A DNA stretch of 64,000 nt from Sedimentisphaerales bacterium. Its GTDB lineage: Bacteria; Planctomycetota; Phycisphaerae; Sedimentisphaerales; SM23-30. The notes under the pieces were generated by a model, which saw only the letters and a list, made by a program, of their open reading frames with translations, was not told the DNA's origin and searched no databases. The position numbers and the translations under genes were made by a program. The stretch lies in assembly GCA_963666285.1 (NCBI GenBank), contig OY762711.1. One strand, given 5' to 3'. Positions 39,078 through 48,711 of the stretch are shown one piece after another; positions within the stretch are counted from its first letter, which is position 1, and each line of letters opens with the position of its first letter.

Positions 39078-39533
39078 TTACGCCTTGACCAGCTCTTCCA
39101 GGCCCATAGCCGCTGCAGTTTCTTCAAGCACACCTTCGCCCTTTGATAGGACGGCATAGGCACACATATTTGCACCTGTTGCGCCGTCACCGGCTGTTGG
39201 CGCATTGAATCTTACGTAACGCTTACCGGCATGACGCATATTCAGATGGATCGCAAACAGCTTATTATCTTCGGTAGCTGCAATCGCATCAGCCAGAGCG
39301 GCACCATCGATATCAGTGTATACACCATCGACTGTATCACATTCTTCCAGCTTCAGAGCTGCAGACGCCGTCGTCGAGCCGATAGTAGTATCAAGAGCTC
39401 CTACACCAAAAACAAACAAACCTTCACGAAAACCAGCGGTATCAGCCGCACCATTATTAGCAAAGGCACCATTATCTTTAAGTTGAGGTGGCACCAGACT
39501 AACTACTTTTATTTTTCCAAGTAAATCGTGCAT
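39078..39533 (-). CDS. capsid-associated protein candidate (decoration/cement?)
   Basis: A 151-aa Ala/Gly-rich ORF immediately downstream of the major capsid gene. Confidence 0.4.
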   Translation of the reverse strand: MHDLLGKIKVVSLVPPQLKDNGAFANNGAADTAGFREGLFVFGVGALDTTIGSTTASAALKLEECDTVDGVYTDIDGAALADAIAATEDNKLFAIHLNMRHAGKRYVRFNAPTAGDGATGANMCAYAVLSKGEGVLEETAAAMGLEELVKA

Positions 39534-39634
39534 TTTTTATATCTCCGTTAAAAGAGTTTTAATCATATATTAAAGAGTGTTTTCTCCCTGCCGGGATAGT
39601 TTCAAAACAATCACCAAATTTAAGCCGCTGTCAA

Positions 39635-41002
39635 CTATCCAATATCGCCCAGCAGACCGACATAAGCACCGGCAGCTAACGTATCAGTATCTTCGATAGA
39701 CTTCTGACCATGAATCGTAATAGTTGACCTTTGAGTCCCAAGCAGAGTTACCTGGCCAATAGTAAACTTAACATGATCACTGCGAGCAATACCACGTTTA
39801 CGCAGCTCGCCAAGTTTGGCAGCCTGTTTCAAATCGCCCAGGATAACCGGTATATGATCAGCTGCAGGCTTAACCTTTGGCATAACATGAGTCGTCTGCA
39901 CTGGATAACCATGGAACATCTTCTGGCGGCCACGCAGGCCTTCTATCATTTCTGTCAGAGTTGTGCCGCCCATATTAGAGGCAATATTCAACATCACACT
40001 ATAATAGAAATTACGATGACAGAAATACTTGGTATCGCCAGTATCAGCAAAGTCAGGCAAACGACCTTCAATACCAAGAAAATCTTTTTCAACCATCGCA
40101 GTCCAGTCACCAGCAGTCTTCTGGATCTGAATACCAGGATTATCAGAAGGGCTTTCTGTAACTCCCAGCAGCGACGGGATCAAACCCATAATATTGAAAT
40201 AGCTCAAGGTGCCATCACCCATAAAACCGATCTGATCTTCTTTCTTCGCAAACGCCCTGGCAAACTGCTGCATAATAATTGGAGCCAGTGCAATTGCTGA
40301 ATCTTCCATCAGATCTTTACCAACAAACATCAGCGACATCCAGGTCAAAGCCTGCAGCCCTATACTGGCAGCCTTCAAATCAGCATCAGCCGGCTCAATG
40401 CCAAGAGCCGGACAATACACCGGCAGATCGCCCATCAGCGACGGTGCAGACCCTTCCGGAGAACTCATCGGCCAGACAGTCGTATTAGCACGAAACGCAC
40501 CGTAACTTTCCTGTAAGGCGATCAGTGTATTTATAAACTGGTCCGGCACAAAATATCCGCCGGTAATATTATCGCCGCCATCCATAGCCTTAAGCTCAAC
40601 ACCACGACTATCAAGAGTTTTGATAATACTATCTCTTCTTGACATCTGACCCATAGCTTCCTTGGCAATTGCCAGGACAGACAAACCAAATGCTTCAGCA
40701 GCATCAGTTGAGCCAAACATCTTACAAGAACTGACAAGATGACTTGAACTGCTCATCAGATGTTTAATCTGCTTACGCATAACACCGAGAGCCTCTTCAG
40801 CTTCTTTAACCTGCATTTCGGTTTCGGTCAGTTTCTTATTAAGTTCATTCTCACTATCAGCCATCAGCTCCTGCAGGAACTTTTCAGAAAACTCCTTCAG
40901 GCCATCCTGCATTTCATTTTTGGTAACATGGCCTTTAGAATACTGTTCCATAATCAGTTCAATTTTTTCTTCAATATCTAATTCATCAAACTTCTTTGAC
41001 AT
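39635..41002 (-). CDS. major capsid protein, HK97 fold, with N-terminal coiled-coil (delta/scaffold-like) region
   Basis: GGYFVPDQFINTLIALQESYGAFRANTTVWPMSS is typical of the HK97 MCP family. I prefer ATG 41002, preceded by AGGAG, over the track start 41056. Confidence 0.8.
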   Translation of the reverse strand: MSKKFDELDIEEKIELIMEQYSKGHVTKNEMQDGLKEFSEKFLQELMADSENELNKKLTETEMQVKEAEEALGVMRKQIKHLMSSSSHLVSSCKMFGSTDAAEAFGLSVLAIAKEAMGQMSRRDSIIKTLDSRGVELKAMDGGDNITGGYFVPDQFINTLIALQESYGAFRANTTVWPMSSPEGSAPSLMGDLPVYCPALGIEPADADLKAASIGLQALTWMSLMFVGKDLMEDSAIALAPIIMQQFARAFAKKEDQIGFMGDGTLSYFNIMGLIPSLLGVTESPSDNPGIQIQKTAGDWTAMVEKDFLGIEGRLPDFADTGDTKYFCHRNFYYSVMLNIASNMGGTTLTEMIEGLRGRQKMFHGYPVQTTHVMPKVKPAADHIPVILGDLKQAAKLGELRKRGIARSDHVKFTIGQVTLLGTQRSTITIHGQKSIEDTDTLAAGAYVGLLGDIG

Positions 41003-41042
41003 AATATAACTCCTGTTATTTAATTTACTATTCAAGCTGTTG

Positions 41043-41828
41043 TTAATCAGCAGCACGCTGTTTGGCTATAATACTATCAATAGCCGAAATATAATCATTC
41101 ACACCGCCTTTACCATTTGTGCCATCAGAATCATCAGCTTCGAATTCGTCGTCGGTGTCATCGTCGCCTTCGACCAGTGAATCTGGATCACAAATCAACA
41201 TCTTCAATTCTTCAAATTTCTCTTCAAATCTCTGCTCAAGTTTACTCACCCTCTCATCTATCAGCTGACTAATACTACCTTCATTCTCCTGGGCATCCAG
41301 TGCCTTCTGCAATGCCTGGCGATTGGCCGGGACCGCTACACAGCTGATCTCTACCAGCTCTATCTCGGTAATAACATAAACCTTAACACCTCTGACAGTT
41401 TCCACGACAGCATCTCTAACATAAAATCCAATCGATACTGCCCGCATATGCTTCTGGCTATAAAGTTTGAAATACTCCTCAGCCAGCTCAACATCTTTTG
41501 CAAATATCAAATCCATTTCTGAGTAGGTTTTATAACGCTTATAACTGTCAGTATCCCAGCTGCCAACAACCGTAGATCTCCCGGTCGAACTGCTATGCAG
41601 ATGCACCGCCAGGCTAACCGGATTAGCTGAAAAATCTTTAATAGACTTCTCGACGGCATCCTGCTTAACAATCTCGCCATGACGGTCAACCTTCTCTGAA
41701 GATATAACAAATCTGATACGACGTTCATCTTCAGATTCCGGCTGCTCTTTCGCCAAATAGCCAGCTGTATAAATCTTACTATTGATCAGCTCTTCAACGC
41801 TTTTGAATTTTTCTGTAGCTAAAACCAT
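41043..41828 (-). CDS. prohead protease (S78/HK97-type) with acidic C-terminal tail
   Basis: SSEKVDRHGEIVKQDAVEKSIKDFSANPVSLAVHLH matches the N-terminal pattern of caudoviral prohead proteases. The gene lies between portal and capsid. Confidence 0.6.
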   Translation of the reverse strand: MVLATEKFKSVEELINSKIYTAGYLAKEQPESEDERRIRFVISSEKVDRHGEIVKQDAVEKSIKDFSANPVSLAVHLHSSSTGRSTVVGSWDTDSYKRYKTYSEMDLIFAKDVELAEEYFKLYSQKHMRAVSIGFYVRDAVVETVRGVKVYVITEIELVEISCVAVPANRQALQKALDAQENEGSISQLIDERVSKLEQRFEEKFEELKMLICDPDSLVEGDDDTDDEFEADDSDGTNGKGGVNDYISAIDSIIAKQRAAD

Positions 41829-44233
41829 TATGCAGCCTTTCTTTCCATCGAATCAGCCAGTTGCTTAATACTTATCATCTTACCTTGCCTGTTAACATGC
41901 GGCACCGCCACACACCTGCAGTGGATAACATTCCCGGCAGATCCAGATGGATCGCCAGGATACATTAGTTTCTCACCGCCAACTACAAAAGCTTCGCCAA
42001 CCTTAACTATTTGATTATTCGCCTTATGATGTGCATCACGCACAACGGTATCACCACTAGTCAGCCATCGTTTCTCTTTCACCCCAGACACCTTCATCGC
42101 CTGCTGACGGCCACTGGAAACAGCTCCGGAAGTTTGTGTCCTGGCAATACTCAAAGCTCGCTTGCGATTATCACCCAACTTATCTGAAATCTTATCAGCT
42201 ATCTGCTGGACAGAATTACCGGCACGAATAGAATCTGTCAGAGTCTTCTCGATAACTTTTTTCGTGTGCTGGTTGATCTTGCCGATTTTAGTATTACTGA
42301 CAACGAGTTTACTTTGAATATATTTAGATCCGGTAACTTTATCAGCCAGCTCTTTAGCGACCTCACTCTCACCTATCTCGTTTGCGATCTGCCTGGCACC
42401 CAGCTCCGCACCCTGAACAAAGAAAGTTCGGTTTATAACTCGCAGCTTATCGTTCTCAACTTTCAGATCAAAAACAATCCTCATCACCACATCATCTGCC
42501 ACATCTTTAGTCAGGCACTTTTGTTTAGGATCATATTGATAATCCTTCAGCAGCTTCTTAACCTGCTTAATAACACTGTTAGATTGACCTACCATATAAC
42601 CACGAATTTTATTCTTATAGGCTTTCTCCAAACCAGCCCAGCTCTTTACCCAGCCATTCCAGTATCTTACTGCCTGCTGATCTTCCTCTTTTTTACGACG
42701 GCCCAAAATGTCATCTGCGATAGATTTTATCAATTCCTTCCTTTGCTCTATTTCTTCTTTACGCTCTGAATATATCCTTTGAGATTCAGCCACAGAATGT
42801 TTATATAGTTTCTCGCCCTCATCTTCACCATCTTCATCATCTGGCTCCTGCCCTTCAGGGAGCTGCTCCTCAGCGGGACCGCCATTAGCCTCATCTTCCA
42901 TAAGCTGCTTATAGCTAACCTTTAGCCCATTAGCCCACGCATCATCACCCCATTTAACATGTTCAAACGGCAGATCATAAGCATCGATCAACTGGTTAAG
43001 AGGCACACCAGAATCAGAAAACTTCAGAACCTTTTCCGCCGTCTCCTGCATAAGCTGCTGCATAGTCGGATGCTCTTCAGCTGCAAACCAGACATACATC
43101 TGATTACCGTCATTTACCGCATCTCTCTTAGCTGCCTTATAGCTTCTAAGATCAACCATCTTCTTAAGGCCAACTTTTGTATCAACTACCTTACTGCGAA
43201 CATGCCTGGTTGATACCGACGCCAACCTGGCAACCGGCCCATGAGTCAAAGACATACCGATAGTATTCAAAATCGGCAACACCGTATTAGCTATCAGTCT
43301 CTGCTGAGCCGGGCCATGGGCATATTGAGCCTCAGAGCTAAGCCCCACACATTCAGGCGGCACATTAAATAACGCACATATCCCTTTAGCTGTGAAGTTA
43401 CTGAGATTGATCATATCAAGTTCGACCATCGTTTGTGCTATAGCCGATATCTTAGCACCGCCAGATAATACCGCTGTCTTACCGGCATTATTAGCACCGG
43501 CATGATATGCATCAAACTGATTGCGTAAATACAGCTTCTGGTCATTAGTCATACTACCAGGTACTTCAACGACATTACCAACCTTACCGCCATTACGCAG
43601 TGCCGCTTCATTTAGCTGTTCTGCCTGGCGTGCCGTTGAGATCAGCAGCTCACCAGCTTTAACAGCCGGTACCGAAATCCAGGGCTGCAGCATATTAGGA
43701 TTGAACCGACATTGAACATGAATCTCTTCCGGGCTATATTGCTGCTGCTGTCCATAATCATCAGTCAACACCCAATAGCCTATCTCATTACCAACAAACT
43801 CAGGCCGCAGATGCAGCGGCGAAGCAACTATAAATGATTTAGGCCTCATCCCGACCATATCGGTATATACCAGGTAGTAACAGCGAAACAAAGCCAGATA
43901 CCCAGCCATCTCTTCAAGCTTCTGAACCCACTTCATCTTGTCACGATATAGTAGATCTATAACCGGCCCAGCTTCGACAACTTCATCGTTAGCCGTACTG
44001 ACCATCATCGGAATAGAATTACAAGCATCCAGAATAGCATTAATACAAATAAACACCCAGTCACTTTGCGAATACGGATCACTCACCAGATTAGCTTCAC
44101 TACCGCCAGACTGAGCTGCCTGAATAACCCTCTGCAATGATTCATTACTCTTTATCTCAAGCGAGCCGTCACCGGCAGCTTGAATGTCACTTGTAATTAT
44201 TGTCGATGTATAATCGTTCATTATTAAATGCAT
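41828..44233 (-). CDS. portal protein fused to a Mu F / SPP1 gp7-like head-morphogenesis domain
   Basis: The N-terminal two thirds look like a portal (NGGKVGNVVEVPGSMTNDQK...NAGKTAVLSGGAKISA...FNVPPECVG). The C-terminus is MuF-like (RTQTSGAVSSGRQQA...WLTSGDTVVRDAHH...GNVIHCRCV). Confidence 0.75.
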   Translation of the reverse strand: MHLIMNDYTSTIITSDIQAAGDGSLEIKSNESLQRVIQAAQSGGSEANLVSDPYSQSDWVFICINAILDACNSIPMMVSTANDEVVEAGPVIDLLYRDKMKWVQKLEEMAGYLALFRCYYLVYTDMVGMRPKSFIVASPLHLRPEFVGNEIGYWVLTDDYGQQQQYSPEEIHVQCRFNPNMLQPWISVPAVKAGELLISTARQAEQLNEAALRNGGKVGNVVEVPGSMTNDQKLYLRNQFDAYHAGANNAGKTAVLSGGAKISAIAQTMVELDMINLSNFTAKGICALFNVPPECVGLSSEAQYAHGPAQQRLIANTVLPILNTIGMSLTHGPVARLASVSTRHVRSKVVDTKVGLKKMVDLRSYKAAKRDAVNDGNQMYVWFAAEEHPTMQQLMQETAEKVLKFSDSGVPLNQLIDAYDLPFEHVKWGDDAWANGLKVSYKQLMEDEANGGPAEEQLPEGQEPDDEDGEDEGEKLYKHSVAESQRIYSERKEEIEQRKELIKSIADDILGRRKKEEDQQAVRYWNGWVKSWAGLEKAYKNKIRGYMVGQSNSVIKQVKKLLKDYQYDPKQKCLTKDVADDVVMRIVFDLKVENDKLRVINRTFFVQGAELGARQIANEIGESEVAKELADKVTGSKYIQSKLVVSNTKIGKINQHTKKVIEKTLTDSIRAGNSVQQIADKISDKLGDNRKRALSIARTQTSGAVSSGRQQAMKVSGVKEKRWLTSGDTVVRDAHHKANNQIVKVGEAFVVGGEKLMYPGDPSGSAGNVIHCRCVAVPHVNRQGKMISIKQLADSMERKAA

Positions 44234-44240
44234 CCTTGCA

Positions 44241-45569
44241 TTAACCGCACATTAAAAGCTCTACCTCGCAGCCGCAATCGCTGGCCATCAGAGCCAGGGC
44301 ACCTGCCCAGAATCTATCGGCATGACCATCCTTGGTCCGCTCAGCATCAAACCGCACATTATTAGCGGCGGTCACTAATTTCTTAACACTATGTAAATCA
44401 TCTCTCAAAACTCTGTCATTCGGAATCCTTACAAGCCTGTCCTCAAACTTGCGTTTCATCCTGCCAGCCAAATCCTGCTTGGACGGATTAGTAAACTTGA
44501 CACCTTCAGCTCGGCTCTCACCCAAAAAGTCAACAACATCTTCTGCCAGGTTATCGCCAAGTCCGGTGCTATCGATACAGATCCTTTCAATATTCCATTT
44601 CTTCATGACCTGGAATATCACCGCCTTCTGGTCTTTATACTTAACCTTAGGCAGCGTCAGGATCAGCCTGGTCCAGAACACATCACCGATTTGTTCCATA
44701 ACCCACAAGACTGCTCTATCTCGAACACGGCCAACATCGTAACCAGCATAAAGCGGACCGTGCGGAGTGAAGTTATAAAGATCAATATCAAAATCTTCAT
44801 ATTCGATCTCGTGAGGCAGCTGTATATCGTAACAATGTTCGATCAGGTCATAAGTCAGCCAGGCAGAGGCATCATCAATAAACAGACATTCAAACTCCTG
44901 CTGCCAGGCATCGGCATCGTCGATACCTTTTTTAAGCTCATCAATGTTATGCTCAACGCCATCTTTAACAGCCTGGTAAATGTCAACGAAATGCTTACTC
45001 CATCCGTTATCATTATTCCATAGGCTGGCAAACTTATTACCCTTGCCCTGCGGTGTTGACACAACCCTAACCTTGTAACCCTTGGAGACGGTCGGAAACA
45101 TCGCACGCCAGATCGCATCAGAATCCTTGTGGAACGCAAACTCGTCCAGAATAACATTAGCGGTAAAGCCACGAGCTGTATCCGGATTCGCTGGCAGGCC
45201 AATAATCCTGGCACCATTCGGCAGCCACGCTGTCAGCATAGTGAGCTTGGTATCCTCGAAGTAATCGATCTCCATGCTTTCAGCCGCCATGCCGCACGCC
45301 TTTAAATGAGCGTTGACCTTTGCCATCAGCTCTTTGCTCTGACGCTCACCGGCACTGAGCAGCACCCAGTCATTTCCAGTTTCAATCGCATCCAGTACAG
45401 CCTCAAGCGAAACCGCAAAGCTCTTACCGATCTGACGACACATCAGCCCGATCTTAAACCTGCTATCATCAGCCAGCCATCGCTCCTGATAGCCGTACAA
45501 GCCAACCGCACCTTTTTTCTTTCTCAAAGGTTTTACAGGCTCGCTAAGATCTCCGGCAGGTACAATCAT
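44241..45569 (-). CDS. terminase large subunit
   Basis: YQERWLADDSRFKIGLMCRQIGKSF is Walker A-like and VILDEFAF is Walker B. The C-terminal half is nuclease-like. Confidence 0.85.
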   Translation of the reverse strand: MIVPAGDLSEPVKPLRKKKGAVGLYGYQERWLADDSRFKIGLMCRQIGKSFAVSLEAVLDAIETGNDWVLLSAGERQSKELMAKVNAHLKACGMAAESMEIDYFEDTKLTMLTAWLPNGARIIGLPANPDTARGFTANVILDEFAFHKDSDAIWRAMFPTVSKGYKVRVVSTPQGKGNKFASLWNNDNGWSKHFVDIYQAVKDGVEHNIDELKKGIDDADAWQQEFECLFIDDASAWLTYDLIEHCYDIQLPHEIEYEDFDIDLYNFTPHGPLYAGYDVGRVRDRAVLWVMEQIGDVFWTRLILTLPKVKYKDQKAVIFQVMKKWNIERICIDSTGLGDNLAEDVVDFLGESRAEGVKFTNPSKQDLAGRMKRKFEDRLVRIPNDRVLRDDLHSVKKLVTAANNVRFDAERTKDGHADRFWAGALALMASDCGCEVELLMCG

Positions 45570-45599
45570 TAAGGTGTCAATCCTCTATTCACTTGTTAA

Positions 45600-45872
45600 T
45601 TATGCCGGGTAAAATTCCAAAAACTTGTCATCTAAAACACTGTGTTTTGGTATTTCCACCGAACGTTCTTCTATCTTATTTTCAAATAGATTCCAGTCGC
45701 TAGCTAAATATTGACGACGAAACTCATCCATATCCAAGTTCTCTCTAATCTCTTCTGCAATACTTTTCCCATTACCAACAGGCTTAATAAATATCGCATC
45801 AGCAGGCGCAGCTGCAATTGCTCTGGCAGTTTTACCGACTGATCTTGATTCAACTTTAATCAACGATGCCAT
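45600..45872 (-). CDS. hypothetical phage protein
   Basis: A 90-aa ORF between the gp27-like gene and TerL. Confidence 0.4.
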   Translation of the reverse strand: MASLIKVESRSVGKTARAIAAAPADAIFIKPVGNGKSIAEEIRENLDMDEFRRQYLASDWNLFENKIEERSVEIPKHSVLDDKFLEFYPA

Positions 45873-46419
45873 AGATCTGCTCCTTAATAGCCTTCAATAC
45901 TTCAGGACTGATTTCTTTCTTATATGTTTTTTCAATCTTCTCTGCCGCCGCCTTCGCCTTCTCCTCCACCTGCTGCCTGACATACTTATCAGAAGCAATC
46001 GCAACCTGCGTGCATTCTTTGGCACACCTGGCAATATCTTTCAGCTCCAGGGCACTAAAGCTATCAGCATCGCTCACCAGCTCAATCAGGTGAGCTGTTA
46101 TCATCTCAGCTGCCGCCTTTTGTGTCTGGCTGGCCTTCTCACCGTCCATCCCCTTCATCGTCTCACGAGCGATCAGCCCGGCGTTCCTCATCCTGGTCAA
46201 AGCTTTAACCCGCTGACCGTACCTGCCCATCGCAGATTCTGAGATCTTATGCCCTTTAAGCTCGCAATAATTTACGCAATCGATATAGCGAGGCTTACCG
46301 ATCCAGTCATCATCCGGACAGAACCCATCCGGCCAGACACCATCAATCAGCATATCATCGATAGTTGTCTTAACCTCAACTGGCAGCTTTTCAATTGTAG
46401 AATGTGTTCTTCTGCTCAT
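45856..46419 (-). CDS. Mu gp27-like (DUF3486) protein, probable small terminase/DNA-recognition subunit
   Basis: The N-terminus RRTHSTIEKLPVEVKTTIDDML and a coiled-coil C-terminus are present. Its position directly upstream of TerL matches Mu-like phages. Confidence 0.6.
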   Translation of the reverse strand: MSRRTHSTIEKLPVEVKTTIDDMLIDGVWPDGFCPDDDWIGKPRYIDCVNYCELKGHKISESAMGRYGQRVKALTRMRNAGLIARETMKGMDGEKASQTQKAAAEMITAHLIELVSDADSFSALELKDIARCAKECTQVAIASDKYVRQQVEEKAKAAAEKIEKTYKKEISPEVLKAIKEQIYGIVD

Positions 46420-46425
46420 GGGTGC

Positions 46426-46683
46426 TTATATCTCCAACGCCGGATCATCGATCAAGTCATCTGCAATTTCCTTCCCTTTAGCGGTCAGGATATACAGCTT
46501 CTCACCGTAAACATCGATCTCCCTTACATACCCCTTATCGACCAGGTACGCCAGGTCGCGGTTAAGCAAGTCATGGCTATAACCGTGCGGGTCAAGCTCG
46601 ATCATAGTCCTATAGATTATGTTCTTCTTCACCCTCGCCGGGTAAGCATCGTTAAGTGCCGCCAGTAGATCGTTTCGGGCCAT
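46426..46683 (-). CDS. small winged-helix-like protein
   Basis: The sequence is MARNDLLAALNDAYPARVKK...LAYLVDKGYVREIDVYGEKLYILTAKG. I prefer ATG 46683 (TAAGATG junction with the upstream stop). Confidence 0.45.
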   Translation of the reverse strand: MARNDLLAALNDAYPARVKKNIIYRTMIELDPHGYSHDLLNRDLAYLVDKGYVREIDVYGEKLYILTAKGKEIADDLIDDPALEI

Positions 46684-46684
46684 C

Positions 46685-47038
46685 TTAATTTTTTTTCGAT
46701 TGTCCATTCCAGTCCTTAACCTCATCTAAGACGTTCTTGGTTATCTCACCAACCATCCGAGGCAGCTTCTCGAATAGTCCAACACTTGTTTTAATTTCTG
46801 TTAGAGTCTCCTGCAGCTTCTGCATCGCCTGTCGGTTAATCGCCGCCTCGCGCAGATACTGTTCAATGCCGACGAAATTCTCGTTACAGTTCAGACGACA
46901 TTGAGCCTGAGCTTTATCCAGCTCATTGGTTCTATCTTCAACTCGTGTTATCCTGGCATCCATTTTCTTAATCTGCCAGATAATCACTCCGCCGACAACG
47001 CCGGATATTATCGATGGTAACAACGTCACAAAATCCAT
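46685..47038 (-). CDS. bitopic membrane coiled-coil protein (DUF2730-like / i-spanin-like candidate)
   Basis: An N-terminal transmembrane segment (LLPSIISGVVGGVIIWQI) is followed by a long coiled coil. Confidence 0.45.
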   Translation of the reverse strand: MDFVTLLPSIISGVVGGVIIWQIKKMDARITRVEDRTNELDKAQAQCRLNCNENFVGIEQYLREAAINRQAMQKLQETLTEIKTSVGLFEKLPRMVGEITKNVLDEVKDWNGQSKKN

Positions 47039-47040
47039 AC

Positions 47041-47100
47041 ATTCGTGCCTATTCGTGTGAACCCTGCACTGTACGGTGCAAGGGGATTCGTGGTTAAAAT
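47041..47100 (+). repeat. 60-nt 'TTCGTG-hairpin-TTCGTGGT' element, copy 1
   Basis: The sequence is ATTCGTGCCTATTCGTGTGAACCCTGCACTGTACGGTGCAAGGGGATTCGTGGTTAAAA. It has the same architecture as 52838-52900 and 53680-53742. Confidence 0.85.
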
Positions 47101-47178
47101 TTCTTGCCGTTCAAACAAAATTTGGCGGAGCAGCAACAAGCTACCCCGCCTCGAAAGGATCTTCAACAGAAAAAGATA

Positions 47179-47862
47179 TTATGCTGTATTGGGAGTAGCC
47201 GTCGATAGCTTAACCGCCTGGACCTTATTCTCTCTCACCAGTGCCTCGGTACCCGCCGTCTGGTTCGCTTTCTGGTAATCCTTGAACCGATCGACCAACG
47301 CCGAATATCCGCTCTGTTCCAGCTCTGCAATAAACCCGTCATTAGCCTGCACAACTTCCTTAACCGCCGTCGCCGCCTGGCCGGCTTTCTTAACTGCTGT
47401 AACTATCCCACTGCTGCCCTTGAGCACCCCGGCTCCGACAAGAGCCATCGCCAGTGATCCGACCACACCTAGTCCCTGCTCAACCTGTTCGACAACCTCT
47501 TGCGTCTTTGGTCGCTGTGCAGCATCAAATTCCGCCTGTGCCGTTACCGTTTCATTCGTTAAAATATCTATATTTGATGTGTCGGGAATCGTCTCCGGCG
47601 GCCCGTAATACGTGACAATCGCATCAGCCTGTCTTTCCGCATTATCAGCCAGCCTTCCTGATATTGGAGGCAGCTTTTCTCCTGCAACCAGCTTGCCGAT
47701 CTGTCCGGCCAAAGCTTCAACAGTTTTCTTGTGAATTACCGCTGATTCCTTTTGAGCCTCGGTTGGTGCCAGACGCAATTTGTCACCGCAACCGCTAAGA
47801 AATACCAGGGAAATAATGCATACCAGCATCAATAGAAATGAGCCAAAACCCGTTTTAATCAT
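47179..47862 (-). CDS. phage lipoprotein, function unknown
   Basis: A signal peptide with lipobox (LVFLSGCG) is present and AAAAGGAG is a likely RBS. It is the first gene after the candidate late promoter. Confidence 0.55.
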   Translation of the reverse strand: MIKTGFGSFLLMLVCIISLVFLSGCGDKLRLAPTEAQKESAVIHKKTVEALAGQIGKLVAGEKLPPISGRLADNAERQADAIVTYYGPPETIPDTSNIDILTNETVTAQAEFDAAQRPKTQEVVEQVEQGLGVVGSLAMALVGAGVLKGSSGIVTAVKKAGQAATAVKEVVQANDGFIAELEQSGYSALVDRFKDYQKANQTAGTEALVRENKVQAVKLSTATPNTA

Positions 47863-47928
47863 AGCTTAAACTCCTTTTTAAGCAATGTTAAAGCAGCATC
47901 ATGCCGCCGTTTAACGGGCTGTAAACAT

Positions 47929-47977
47929 AAAAAAAAGCCCGTATGCTAAAGTTAATATCAACTCAGTCACACGGGCT
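47929..47977 (-). terminator. terminator-like hairpin plus U8 inside the 5' leader of the structural operon
   Basis: On the minus strand, AGCCCGU...ACGGGCU (47977..47936) is followed by UUUUUUUU (47936..47929). Confidence 0.4.
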
Positions 47978-48041
47978 GTATTGCCGTAAAAAATTAAATT
48001 GTTTTGAGCTAGGCCGTCACGCCATCATCGCTCGACATATA

Positions 48042-48071
48042 CCATTATCGGCTATCCCACCGAATTGTCAA
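48042..48071 (-). promoter_or_regulatory. sigma-70-like promoter TTGACA-18 nt-TAATGG
   Basis: On the minus strand, TTGACA is at 48071..48066 and TAATGG at 48047..48042. The promoter is immediately preceded by TCCGTGGTTAAG-A9. Confidence 0.45.
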
Positions 48072-48288
48072 CACCTTTTTTTTTCTTAACCACGGATGAA
48101 CGCAGACTCACACTGACACACAGAGGATCCAGCAGAAGTAGTGCATTACTAAGCATTATATCACTGCCGGCCAGGAACCGACTGATAATTGACCGATTAA
48201 CCCCGGATAACTTCTCAAGCTCTCTATAGCTGACCTCGTGCACTTCAAGCTGCTCTTTAACTAATTGCCTGATCTCTTCTATATCCAT
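48052..48288 (-). CDS. XRE-type helix-turn-helix protein
   Basis: The sequence is MDIEEIRQLVKEQLEVHEVSYRELEKLSGVNRSIISRFLAG. I prefer ATG 48288. The upstream extension in the track covers a terminator hairpin and a TTCGTGGT motif. Confidence 0.55.
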   Translation of the reverse strand: MDIEEIRQLVKEQLEVHEVSYRELEKLSGVNRSIISRFLAGSDIMLSNALLLLDPLCVSVSLRSSVVKKKKGVDNSVG

Positions 48289-48368
48289 TTTTTTCACCAC
48301 GAATAAAAACGCCCCGGCACCGTCGCGCCAGGGCAAAAAAACCTGTACCGCATGGCACAAGGGAAAGG

Positions 48369-48710
48369 TCACTTTTTTTCTCGCTCGAGCTGAAACAGCA
48401 CGTTACTGTACATTGCTCTTGTCTGCGGAGTGTTAGCCAGCTCCACTCTCTCTAGCCACCGGAAGTAGATTTCCGCTGTTCCAGTGCATATATACGGCAT
48501 CTGCCCGGCTTCTGATAATAGTTCGGCGATTCGGTCGAACATCTGGCAATGTATCTCATAGGGCATCTCGTCAGCATCGCTGTAAACAGCGTTATAATCG
48601 TTCTCGCTCTGCCAGTGGACAATTGGAATAACGGTAGGACTGCCGCCTTGTTTGGCGACAACCCCCATAATATAATCAAATCGCTCTTGAGCTAACTGTT
48701 CAATGTTCAT
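48369..48710 (-). CDS. hypothetical phage protein
   Basis: A 113-aa ORF packed against its neighbours. Confidence 0.45.
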   Translation of the reverse strand: MNIEQLAQERFDYIMGVVAKQGGSPTVIPIVHWQSENDYNAVYSDADEMPYEIHCQMFDRIAELLSEAGQMPYICTGTAEIYFRWLERVELANTPQTRAMYSNVLFQLEREKK

Positions 48711-48711
48711 A

